Source of the DNA: Eledone cirrhosa
Taxonomy: Eukaryota
DNA: 64,000 nt
Assembly (NCBI GenBank): GCA_964016885.1
Contig: OZ024743.1
Location: 331,142,001 to 331,206,000 of the forward strand
Direction: 5' to 3'
The translations under genes and the position numbers were made by a program. Below the pieces are notes generated by a model, which worked only from the letters and a program-made list of their open reading frames with translations, searched no databases and was not told the DNA's origin. This document shows positions 1 through 10,755 of this stretch, piece after piece; positions within the stretch are counted from its first letter, which is position 1; every line of letters begins with the position of its first letter.

Positions 1-370
1 AATGATGCTAGTAGGAATGGCGGTGGTGTTGGTAGTAGTACTGGTTGTGGTGATGGTAGTAATAACGGTGTTGTTATTAGTTGTAGTAGTAGTACTGGTG
101 GTGGTGATGGTAGTAATAGCAGTGGTGGTAGTGGTTGTAGTAGTAGTGGTGGTGATGGTGTTGTTAGTAGTGCTGGTATTGGTGATGGTAGTAGTAGTGT
201 TAATGGTAGTAGTATTGGTGGTGGTAATGGTAGTAGTGGTGATAGTGTTGGTAATGGTAGTAGTGGTGATGATGGCAGTGGTAGTAGTGAAGGTGATTGA
301 ATTGGTATGGTAGTGCTGGTAGTATTGATGTTAATAGTGGTAGTAGTAGAAGTAGTAGTAGTAGTAGTGT
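1..370. repeat. Degenerate (GTA/GGT/GAT)n trinucleotide microsatellite
   Basis: Low-complexity gtagtagtggtgatg runs; source of the Val/Met and His/Tyr ORFs. Confidence 0.9.
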
Positions 371-379
371 GAAACTTAC

Positions 380-535
380 CTTTACTTGGGATGGGAGGCA
401 ATGCTCAATGTCCTGGCCCGTTGGGTCATCAGTAAATAGAGCAAAACCTGATTCCTTGATGTCCCGAATATAAAGGGTTTTACGAAGACTTTGAAGAAGT
501 TCTGTAACAGTGGTGGAGCCATCAAAACTGACTAC
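380..535 (-). CDS. PLEKHH: PLEKHH-like exon F (FERM F1 lobe): VVSFDGSTTVTELLQSLRKTLYIRDIKESGFALFTDDPTGQDIEHCLPSQVK
   Basis: ttttccag|GTA...AAG|gtaagt; 156 nt, phase 0/0; SGFALFTDDP..D.EHCL motif as in PLEKHH1/2. The gene continues beyond both window edges. Confidence 0.95.
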
Positions 536-635
536 CTGGAAAATAATTAAAACAAACAAAACATTAGTAAATTAGAAGTTTAAAATATTCATAATATTCA
601 CAATAGGAGTTCCTTCTCCTAATAGACTCATAGGG

Positions 636-3600
636 GTCCCTTTAACTTCTGATAGAGTCGTAGGGGTGTCTTTAACTCCTGATAGAGTCGTAGAAGTGTC
701 TTTAACTCCTGATAGAGTCGTAGGAGTGTCTTTAACTCCTGATGGAGAGGTAGGGGTGTCTTTAACTCCTGATAGAGTCGTAGGGGTGTCTTTAACTCCT
801 GATAGGGTCGTAGGGGTGTCTTTAACTCCTGATAGAGTCGTAGGAGTGTCTTTAACTCCTGATGGAGAGGTAGGGGTGTCTTTAACTCCTGATAGAGAGG
901 TAGGGGTGTCTTTAACTCCTGATAGAGAGGTAGGGGTGTCTTTAACTCCTGATAGAGAGGTAGGGGTGTCTTTAACTCCTGATAGAGAGGTAGGGGTGTC
1001 TTTAACTCCTGATAGAGAGGTAGGGGTGTCTTTAACTCCTGATAGAGAGGTAGGGTGTCTTTAACTCCTGATAGAGTCGTAGGGGTGTCTTTAACTCCTG
1101 ATAGAGAGGTAGGGGTGTCTTTAACTCCTGATAGAGAGGTAGGGGTGTCTTTAACTCCTGATAGAGAGGTAGGGGTATCTTTAACTCCTGATAGAGAGGT
1201 AGGGGTGTCTTTAACTCCTGATAGAGTCGTAGGGGTGTCTTTAACTCCTGATAGAGAGGTAGGGTGTCTTTAACTCCTGATAGAGAGGTAGGGGTGTCTT
1301 TAACTCCTGATAGAGTCGTAGGGTGTCTTTAACTCCTGATAGAGAGGTAGGGGTGTCTTTAACTCCTGATAGAGAGGTAGAGGTGTCTTTAACTCCTGAT
1401 GGAGAGGTAGGGGTGTCTTTAACTCCTGATAGAGAGGTAGAGGTGTCTTTAACTCCTGATAGAGAGGTAGGGGTGTCTTTAACTCCTGATAGAGAGGTAG
1501 GGGTGTCTTTAACTCCTGATAGAGAGGTAGGGGTGTCTTTAACTCCTGATAGAGTCGTAGGGGTGTCTTTAACTCCTGATAGAGAGGTAGGGGTGTCTTT
1601 AACTCCTGATAGAGAGGTAGGGGTGTCTTTAACTCCTGATAGAGAGGTAGGGGTGTCTTTAACTCCTGATGGAGAGGTAGGGGTGTCTTTAACTCCTGAT
1701 AGAGAGGTAGGGGTGTCTTTAACTCCTGATAGGGTCGTAGGGGTGTCTTTAACTCCTGATAGAGAGGTAGGGTGTCTTTAACTCCTGATAGAGTCGTAGG
1801 GGTGTCTTTAACTCCTGATAGGGTCGTAGGGGTGTCTTTAACTCCTGATAGAGAGGTAGGGGTGTCTTTAACTCCTGATAGGGTCGTAGGGGTGTCTTTA
1901 ACTCCTGATAGAGAGGTAGGGGTGTCTTTAACTCCTGATAGAGTCGTAGGGGTGTCTTTAACTCCTGATAGAGAGGTAGGGGTATCTTTAACTCCTGATA
2001 GGGTCGTAGGGGTGTCTTTAACTCCTGATAGAGAGGTAGGGGTGTCTTTAACTCCTGATAGAGAGGTAGGGGTGTCTTTAACTCCTGATAGAGTCGTAGG
2101 GGTGTCTTTAACTCCTGATAGAGAGGTAGGGGTATCTTTAACTCCTGATAGAGTCGTAGGGGTGTCTTTAACTCCTGATAGAGAGGTAGGGGTGTCTTTA
2201 ACTCCTGATAGAGAGGTAGGGGTGTCTTTAACTCCTGATAGAGTCGTAGGGGTGTCTTTAACTCCTGATAGAGAGGTAGGGGTGTCTTTAACTCCTGATA
2301 GAGAGGTACGGGTGTCTTTAACTCCTGATAGAGAGGTAGGGGTGTCTTTAACTCCTGATAGAGAGGTAGGGGTATCTTTAACTCCTGATAGAGAGGTAGG
2401 GGTGTCTTTAACTCCTGATAGAGAGGTAGGGGTGTCTTTAACTCCTGATAGAGAGGTACGGGTGTCTTTAACTCCTGATAGAGTCGTAGGGGTGTCTTTA
2501 ACTCCTGATAGAGAGGTAGGGGTGTCTTTAACTCCTGATAGAGTCGTAGGGGTGTCTTTAACTCCTGATAGAGAGGTACGGGTGTCTTTAACTCCTGATA
2601 GAGTCGTAGGGGTGTCTTTAACTCCTGATAGAGAGGTACGGGTGTCTTTAACTCCTGATAGAGTCGTAGGGGTGTCTTTAACTCCTGATAGAGAGGTAGG
2701 GTGTCTTTAACTCCTGATAGAGTCGTAGGGGTGTCTTTAACTCCTGATAGAGAGGTACGGGTGTCTTTAACTCCTGATAGGGTCGTAGGGGTGTCTTTAA
2801 CTCCTGATAGAGAGGTAGGGTGTCTTTAACTCCTGATAGAGAGGTAGGGGTGTCTTTAACTCCTGATAGAGTCGTAGGGGTGTCTTTAACTCCTGATAGA
2901 GTCGTAGGGGTGTCTTTAACTCCTGATAGAGAGGTAGGGTGTCTTTAACTCCTGATAGAGAGGTAGGGGTGTCTTTAACTCCTGATAGAGTCGTACGGGT
3001 GTCTTTAACTCCTGATAGAGTCGTAGGGGTGTCTTTAACTCCTGATAGAGAGGTACGGGTGTCTTTAACTCCTGATAGAGAGGTAGGGGTGTCTTTAACT
3101 CCTGATAGAGAGGTAGGGGTGTCTTTAACTCCTGATAGAGAGGTAGGGTGTCTTTAACTCCTGATAGAGTCGTAGGGGTGTCTTTAACTCCTGATAGAGA
3201 GGTAGGGGTGTCTTTAACTCCTGATAGAGTCGTACGGGTGTCTTTAACTCCTGATAGAGAGGTAGGGGTGTCTTTAACTCCTGATAGAGTCGTACGGGTG
3301 TCTTTAACTCCTGATAGAGAGGTAGGGGTGTCTTTAACTCCTGATAGAGTCGTAGGGGTGTCTTTAACTCCTGATAGAGAGGTAGGGGTGTCTTTAACTC
3401 CTGATAGGGTCGTAGGGGTGTCTTTAACTCCTGATAGAGAGGTAGGGTGTCTTTAACTCCTGATAGAGTCGTAGGGGTGTCTTTAACTCCTGATAGAGTC
3501 GTAGGGGTGTCTTTAACTCCTGATAGAGAGGTAGGGTGTCTTTAACTCCTGATAGAGTCGTAGGGGTGTCTTTAACTCCTGATAGAGTCGTAGGGGTGTC

Positions 3601-5478
3601 TTTAACTCCTGATAGAGTCGTAGGGGTGTCTTTAACTCCTGATAGAGAGGTAGGGGTGTCTTTAACTCCTGATAGAGAGGTAGGGTGTCTTTAACTCCTG
3701 ATAGAGTCGTAGGGGTGTCTTTAACTCCTGATAGAGTCGTAGGGGTGTCTTTAACTCCTGATAGAGTCGTAGGGGTGTCTTTAACTCCTGATAGAGTCGT
3801 AGGGGTGTCTTTAACTCCTGATAGAGAGGTAGGGGTGTCTTTAACTCCTGATAGAGAGGTAGGGTGTCTTTAACTCCTGATAGAGTCGTAGGGGTGTCTT
3901 TAACTCCTGATAGAGAGGTAGGGTGTCTTTAACTCCTGATAGAGTCGTAGGGGTGTCTTTAACTCCTGATAGAGTCGTAGGGGTGTCTTTAACTCCTGAT
4001 AGAGTCGTAGGGGTGTCTTTAACTCCTGATAGAGAGGTAGGGGTGTCTTTAACTCCTGATAGAGAGGTAGGGGTGTCTTTAACTCCTGATAGAGAGGTAC
4101 GGGTGTCTTTAACTCCTGATAGAGAGGTACGGGTGTCTTTAACTCCTGATAGAGAGGTAGGGGTGTCTTTAACTCCTGATAGAGAGGTAGGGGTGTCTTT
4201 AACTCCTGATAGAGTCGTAGGGGTGTCTTTAACTCCTGATAGAGAGGTAGGGTGTCTTTAACTCCTGATAGAGTCGTAGGGGTGTCTTTAACTCCTGATA
4301 GAGTCGTAGGGGTGTCTTTAACTCCTGATAGAGTCGTAGGGGTGTCTTTAACTCCTGATGGAGAGGTAGGGGTGTCTTTAACTCCTGATAGAGTCGTAGG
4401 GGTGTCTTTAACTCCTGATAGAGAGGTAGCGTGTCTTTAACTCCTGATAGAGTCGTAGGGGTGTCTTTAACTCCTGATGGAGAGGTAGGGGTGTCTTTAA
4501 CTCCTGATAGAGTCGTAGGGGTGTCTTTAACTCCTGATAGAGTCGTAGGGGTGTCTTTAACTCCTGATAGAGAGGTAGGGGTGTCTTTAACTCCTGATAG
4601 AGTCGTACGGGTGTCTTTAACTCCTGATAGAGAGGTACGGGTGTCTTTAACTCCTGATAGAGTCGTAGGGTGTCTTTAACTCCTGATAGGGTCGTAGGGG
4701 TGTCTTTAACTCCTGATAGAGAGGTACGGGTGTCTTTAACTCCTGATAGAGAGGTAGGGGTGTCTTTAACTCCTGATAGAGAGGTAGGGGTGTCTTTAAC
4801 TCCTGATAGAGAGGTAGGGGTGTCTTTAACTCCTGATAGAGAGGTAGGGGTGTCTTTAACTCCTGATAGAGAGGTAGGGGTGTCTTTAACTCCTGATAGA
4901 GAGGTAGGGGTGTCTTTAACTCCTGATAGAGAGGTAGGGGTGTCTTTAACTCCTGATAGAGAGGTAGGGGTGTCTTTAACTCCTGATAGAGAGGTAGGGG
5001 TGTCTTTAACTCCTGATAGAGTCGTAGGGGTGTCTTTAACTCCTGATGGAGAGGTAGGGGTGTCTTTAACTCCTGATAGAGTCGTAGGGGTGTCTTTAAC
5101 TCCTGATAGGGTCGTAGGGGTGTCTTTAACTCCTGATAGAGAGGTAGGGGTGTCTTTAACTCCTGATAGAGAGGTAGGGGTATCTTTAACTCCTGATAGA
5201 GAGGTAGGGGTGCCTTTAACTCCTGATATAGAGGTAGGGGTGTCTTTAACTCCTGATAGAGTCGTAGGGGTGCCTTTAACTCCTGATAGAGAGGTAGCGT
5301 GTCTTTAACTCCTGATAAAGAGGTAGGGGTGTCTTTAACTCCTGATAGAGTCGTAGGGGTGTCTTTAACTCCTGATAGAGAGGTAGCGTGTCTTTAACTC
5401 CTGATAAAGAGGTAGGGGTGCCTTTAACTCCTGATGGACTGGTATGGGTGTCTTTAACTCCCATAGAGTCATAGGGAC
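636..5478. repeat. 30-bp minisatellite, about 160 copies, consensus GTGTCTTTAACTCCTGATAGAGAGGTAGGG
   Basis: Direct tandem repetition with variants (gagagg/gagtcg, tacggg, 29-bp units lacking one G) and degenerate edges. Confidence 0.98.
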
Positions 5479-5589
5479 TCTGCCATGAGGTATGATGTGT
5501 CCTAAGCATTTTAAACCTAGTGGGGCCCATCCCTTTCAAGGTCTAAACAACAATTTCATCCAGAGAGAGAGGGCGCGGGAGAGAATGAG

Positions 5590-5742
5590 CCCCAGTAATG
5601 GACTGGTACTTTATTTATTGATCTCAAGGGGATGAAAGAGATATAGTTGACTTTGATGGGATTTGAACTCAGTGTGCAGTGAGCTGGAACAAATACAGAG
5701 GCTTAATCTGACACCCAAACAACTCTGCTAATTCACTGCCTT
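5590..5742 (-). mobile_element. Degenerate SINE of the 47399-47586 family
   Basis: actggtactttattttattgatctcaaggggatgaaag...gggatttgaactcag matches that copy; further degenerate copies near 7470-7600, 24070-24190 and 27910-28000. Confidence 0.6.
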
Positions 5743-5861
5743 TACAGTTTCTCTTGCTTTCCACTTTTTTCTTTATTATTTTTTATGCTTATTTTGCCTC
5801 CCATTGGCCTTCGCTATTTGAATTTATTTTATTTTATTTTATCTTATTTTATTTTATTTTT

Positions 5862-6140
5862 TCTTCTTCTTCACCCACTTATTCCTGAGCAGGTCCTGTC
5901 AGAAGCAGCCGTCTCCAACTGATGTAGCTGGATCCCCAAGTGCGACAATCCAAGCTCATGGATATTATCCAACCATCTTGCTCAGGGTCTACCCCTGGAC
6001 CACTTGCCAGTTGGTTTTGCCCATAAAATCTGTCCAGCGATTCTTTTACGAGGCCATAGTTTCAGAGCTGTAATATCTCAATTTGGAGAAGTAGCAGCTC
6101 TACCTGGAGCAACTCTCTGATCCCCAAGCTATGCACTCTA
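5862..6140 (-). mobile_element. Old RTE-type LINE 3' fragment with (AAG)n tail
   Basis: (ttc)n at 5862 followed by acccacttattcc, the same terminus as at 42231; decayed C-terminal RT-like sequence upstream on the minus strand. Confidence 0.5.
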
Positions 6141-6200
6141 TTTCATTTTTTTTTATTTATTTTTTATATTCACTTATCTCTGTTAATCTTTTTTTTTGTT

Positions 6201-6354
6201 TCTCAACTCTAAGAAGTACTAGATATCTCCTCTAGTCTGTCATGACTTACTAGCTCTATACAGACGTTTAAATTTCTCTCTCTCAACTGTAAGATGTACT
6301 AGATACTTCCCCTAGTTTGTCATAGCTTACTAGCTCTATACGGACATTTAAATT
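6201..6354. repeat. Two-copy 80-bp tandem duplication
   Basis: tctcaactctaagaagtactagata... at 6201 recurs at 6281 with scattered mismatches. Confidence 0.85.
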
Positions 6355-6607
6355 GAGTATATACAGATAACTCTATGGAATGGGCCTCCGTTGGTTTAGA
6401 TATGTATTCCAGTTGTCAAATCAACAGTACTGCATGCTCATGAACTTAACACATAAAAGGCTGAACATTCCAGAGGAAGGTCTACCCTTAATGTAATTCT
6501 CAGGGAGATACAGCATGACATATTGTGTGACAAGACTGGACCTTTGAATTACAAATGCAGTCTATCTGATGGGCTTCCAAACATTTTATATCCATTCAAT
6601 TTCACTT

Positions 6608-6855
6608 GTGTGGCCTTGTGGAAAAGGTATTGGATCCTAATGCCGTGGGTTTGATTCCTAGGCTGGGTTGTGTGTTGTATTCTTGAGCACTTCATTTCAC
6701 TTGCTCCAGTATACCAAGCTGAAAATGCTTACTAGCAGTAGCTAGGAGTTTAACTGGAATCCTGTCCAGTGGGGAGTCTTTTACTCTCAGTCACTTAATG
6801 CCAGGAAAACAGGGATAAGCACTGGCCTGATGATCCTCTAGATTCGAGATAGCCC
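6608..6855 (+). mobile_element. Degenerate tRNA-headed SINE (same family as 58120-58390 on the minus strand)
   Basis: B-box-like gggtttgattcc, then ttcttgagcac...tgctccagta, ending gataagcactggcctgatga; the reverse complement is recognisable at 58120-58390. Confidence 0.6.
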
Positions 6856-7619
6856 TTTTGTTTTTAGAATTCCACACACATGGCAAGGCTATGGTAAAAG
6901 ACACAGGCTCAAGATGCCATGCAGTGGAATTGATTGCAAAACAAACTTTTTAACCATTTGATAGCTATAGATAGAAGTTGATTGACAAGATCCTAGACCA
7001 TACCCACCAAGTGGGGTAGAACTCATCAAATGAGACCAAGGAAACAATGTTTCTATTGGTCTATCGCTGATACCAGTTCTACCAGTTATGGTGATTATAT
7101 TTTCAAATTTCATACAAACATTGGTTTTGCAATAGAAAGCAACAGAGTAAACAACAGCATCAACAGGAGCAATAAAAAGATGGACAGTTAATATAAAGGA
7201 TATGTTAAAGGCTGGAGATACACAAATTGAGTATGTTCTGTTGGATATGTAATACTATGCAAGAGTGACATAGCATGGATTGTATGTATGGTTGTATGGT
7301 CCCGTAACTCCCGAGAGAGTTGTAAGGTGCTGCACTGACATACAGTATTTCAATGGTAGTTTCAAACTTGAGCCCATCTGCTCTCCAGGTTTGAATACAA
7401 CAGATTTCTTCCAGAGAAGGATATAGAGTGAGAGAATGAAAGTGAGAAAGAGATATAGAAGAAGAATCAACCCCATTACTTGACTGGTACTTTTTTATCA
7501 ACCTCAAATAGATGAAAGGCAAAGTTGATCTCAGCTGAAGTTGAATTCAGAGAAGCATTCTATGACATTCTAACAACTCTGCCAATTTGCTGCCTTTGCA
7601 TGGATTAGATGAGAGTAAA

Positions 7620-7900
7620 ACCTCCGTATAAGAGGAATTAGGAGTGTACATGAGTAAAGACTTCACTGGAATGGACATCTAATGTTTATGGATGATGATT
7701 GTTGGGTGAAGAAGTATCAGAAGATGCTAGTGGAAGGATGCTGCAGTAGAGGAAGACCAAGGGAGATCTGAGTAGAAGTGGTGAGAGCTGATCTCAAGAC
7801 ACTGAACCTTTGAGAAAGAGAGGAGATGAAAGAAAACAAATGGAGGGAAGTTGAGCTGTCTAAATCATGCAAATATGGGAAAATGGACTTAAAGATGATA
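7620..7900 (+). mobile_element. Decayed RTE LINE 3' end
   Basis: Frameshifted C-terminal sequence (gaggaagaccaaggga, RGRP-like) and terminus catgcaaatatgggaaaatggacttaaagatgat like the other RTE 3' ends. Confidence 0.6.
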
Positions 7901-7922
7901 ATAATGATGATGATGGTGGTGA

Positions 7923-7954
<32 letters not shown>

Positions 7955-8213
7955 ATGATGATGGTGGTGATGATGATGATGGTGGTGATGATGATGATGG
8001 TGATGATGATGGTGGTGATGATGATGATGGTGGTGATGATGATGATGATGATGGTGATGATGGTGGTGATGATGATGATGGTGATGATGATGATGGTGGT
8101 GATGATGATGATGGAGGTGATGATGATGATGGTGATGATGATGATGGTGGTGATGATGATGATGGTAGTGATGATGATGGTGGTGATGATGATGATGGAG
8201 GTGATGATGATGG

Positions 8214-8257
<44 letters not shown>

Positions 8258-9497
8258 ATGATGATGGTGATGATGATGATGGTGGTGATGATGATGATAG
8301 TGGTGGTGATGATGATGGTGATGATGATGATGGTGGTGATGATGATGATAGTGGTGGTGGTAGTGGTGATGATGGGGATGGTGATGAAGGTGATAATGAT
8401 GATGATGGCGGTGGTGGTAGTAATGATGATGGTGGTGGTGGTGATCCTGTTAACAATGATGATAGTAGTGGTGGTAATGATGATGATGATAGTGGTAAAG
8501 GTGGTGATGATGATGATGGTGATGGTGATAGTGGTGGGGGTGGTGATGAGGATAATGGTGATGATGGTGGTGGTGATGATGATGATAGTGGTAAAGGTGA
8601 TGATGATGGTGATGGTGATAATGGTGGAGGTGGTGATGAGGATAATGGTGATGATGGTGGTGGTGATGATGATGATGGTGATGGTGATAATGGTGGAGGT
8701 GGTGATGAGGATAATGGTGATGATGGTGGTGGTGATGATGATGATGGTGATGATGATAGTGGTGGAGGTGGTGATGAGGATAATGGTGATGATGGTGGTG
8801 GTGATGATGATGATGGTGATGATGATAGTGGTGGAGGTGGTGATGAGGATAATGGTGATGATGGTGGTGGTGATGATGATGATGGTGATGGTGATAATGG
8901 TGGAGGTGGTGATGAGGATAATGGTGATGATGGTGGTGGTGATGATGATGATGGTGATGGTGATAATGGTGGGGGTGGTGATGAGGATAATGGTGATGAT
9001 GGTGGTGGTGATGATGATGATGGTGATGATGATAGTGGTGGAGGTGGTGATGAGGATAATGGTGATGATGGTGGTGGTGATGATGATGATGGTGATGATG
9101 ATAGTGGTGGAGGTGGTGATGAGGATAATGGTGATGCTGGTGGTGGTGATGATGATGATAGTGGTAAAGGTGATGGTGATGGTGATAATGGTGATGATGA
9201 TGGTGGTGACGATGATGATGGTGGTGACGATGATGATGGTGGTGGTGGTGATGATGATGATGGTGGTGATGATCATGTTATCAATGACGTTAGTAGTCAT
9301 GGTAATGATGATGATGATAGTGGTGGAGGTGATGATGATGATGGTGATGATGATGATGATGATGATAGTAGTGGAGGTGGTAATGAGGAAGGTGATGGTG
9401 GGGATGGTGTTAGTAGTGGTGGAAGTGATGATGATTATGGGGTGATGATGATGATGATGCTAACAATGATAGTAATGATGGTGATGATGATGATGAT
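7895..9497. repeat. 1.6-kb (GAT/GGT)n microsatellite with an internal ~54-bp higher-order repeat
   Basis: gatgatggtggt runs; unit ggaggtggtgatgaggataatggtgatgatggtggtggtgatgatgatgatggtgat recurs about 8540-9130. Confidence 0.95.
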
Positions 9498-9659
9498 AAT
9501 TTCCGCTCATATTAAATAACAACAAGTCAATGTTCGTCTTGAAGAGCTACAACTAAAAAAGCAGTTGTACTAATTACTAGCAAGCTGGCATCCTGATGAG
9601 ACTAACGAGACAATTGGGGCTTTTAAATTATTAACATCTTTTCTGTTTTTATCTTCTTC

Positions 9660-9991
9660 AAATATATACACATACATAGACACACACATATATACGTATA
9701 GATACATAGACACACACATATATACGTATAGATACATAGACACACACATATATACGTATAGATACATAGACACACACATATATACGTATAGATACATAGA
9801 CACACACATATATATAAACAGACACCCATGTATACACACACACATATATATATATTTATATATATGTATATATGTATATATGTATATATATATACATATA
9901 TATATGTATATATATATACATGTATATATGTATATATGTACATATATACATATATGTGTATATATATATATGTGTGTATATATATATACAT

Positions 9992-10047
<56 letters not shown>

Positions 10048-10078
10048 ATGATGATGATGATGATATATATGTATATAA

Positions 10079-10142
<64 letters not shown>

Positions 10143-10160
10143 TTATATACATATATATCA
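9660..10160. repeat. 30-bp TA/CA-rich tandem repeat followed by (TA)n
   Basis: tatacgtatagatacatagacacacacata x4, then long (TA)n. Confidence 0.9.
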
Positions 10161-10484
10161 TCATCATCATCATCATTTTACGTCCGCTTTTCCCTGCTTG
10201 CAAGGGTGGGATGGGAACTGATTCTGGCTTGATTTCTACAGCTGGATGCCCTTCCTAACACCAACCTCATTTACAGTGAGTGCTGGGTGCTTTTTTGCCG
10301 TGGCACCTCCACGACCACTTTACAGTGGCGTCCCTTATCATCTCATTTCTACAGCTGAGTTAACTGGAGCAATGTGAAATAAAGTATCTTGCTCAAGGAA
10401 ACAACACATCACCCGGTCCGAGAATTGAACTCACAACCTTTGAATTGCAAGGCCAATGCTCTAACCACTAAGCCATGTGCCTTC
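10159..10484 (-). mobile_element. tRNA-headed SINE with RTE-derived 3' tail (family S1)
   Basis: Minus strand: A-box TGGCTTAGTGG, B-box GAGTTCAATTC, central ccttgagcaag...tgctccag, 3' part nearly identical to the LINE 3'UTR (about 14690-14845), (GAT)n tail. Confidence 0.88.
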
Positions 10485-10755
10485 ATATATATATACATGT
10501 ATACAGACACCATTTTACATACATATATACATACAGACACCCATATATACATACATACAAGCACTCATATATACATACATATAAATATAGATACATACAC
10601 ACACACTATCCGTCCAAACCCATGCAAGTGTGGAAGATGGATGTTAAACGATGATGATGATGATGATGATGACACACACACATATATATAATTTATATAT
10701 AACACACACACATATATATAATTTATATATAACACATATATATAATTATATATAA

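Noticed and set aside
666-5308. SLTPDREVGV-repeat ORFs as a repetitive protein
   Set aside because: Translation of a 30-bp minisatellite, repeatedly frameshifted by 29-bp units, antisense within an intron.
636-5478. CRISPR-like array (30-bp repeats); likewise the 33-mer at 58600
   Set aside because: Repeats are head-to-tail with no unique spacers, there are no cas genes, and the context is a eukaryotic intron.
7717-9519. Asp/Gly-rich 550-aa ORF resembling an acidic biomineralisation protein, and overlapping Met/Val ORFs
   Set aside because: Trinucleotide microsatellite open in several frames on both strands, starting in an RTE tail; no signal peptide or splice support.
9590-9620. Possible hammerhead (cctgatgagactaacgagacaattgg)
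   Set aside because: GAAA box reads GAGA and stems I and II cannot be formed.
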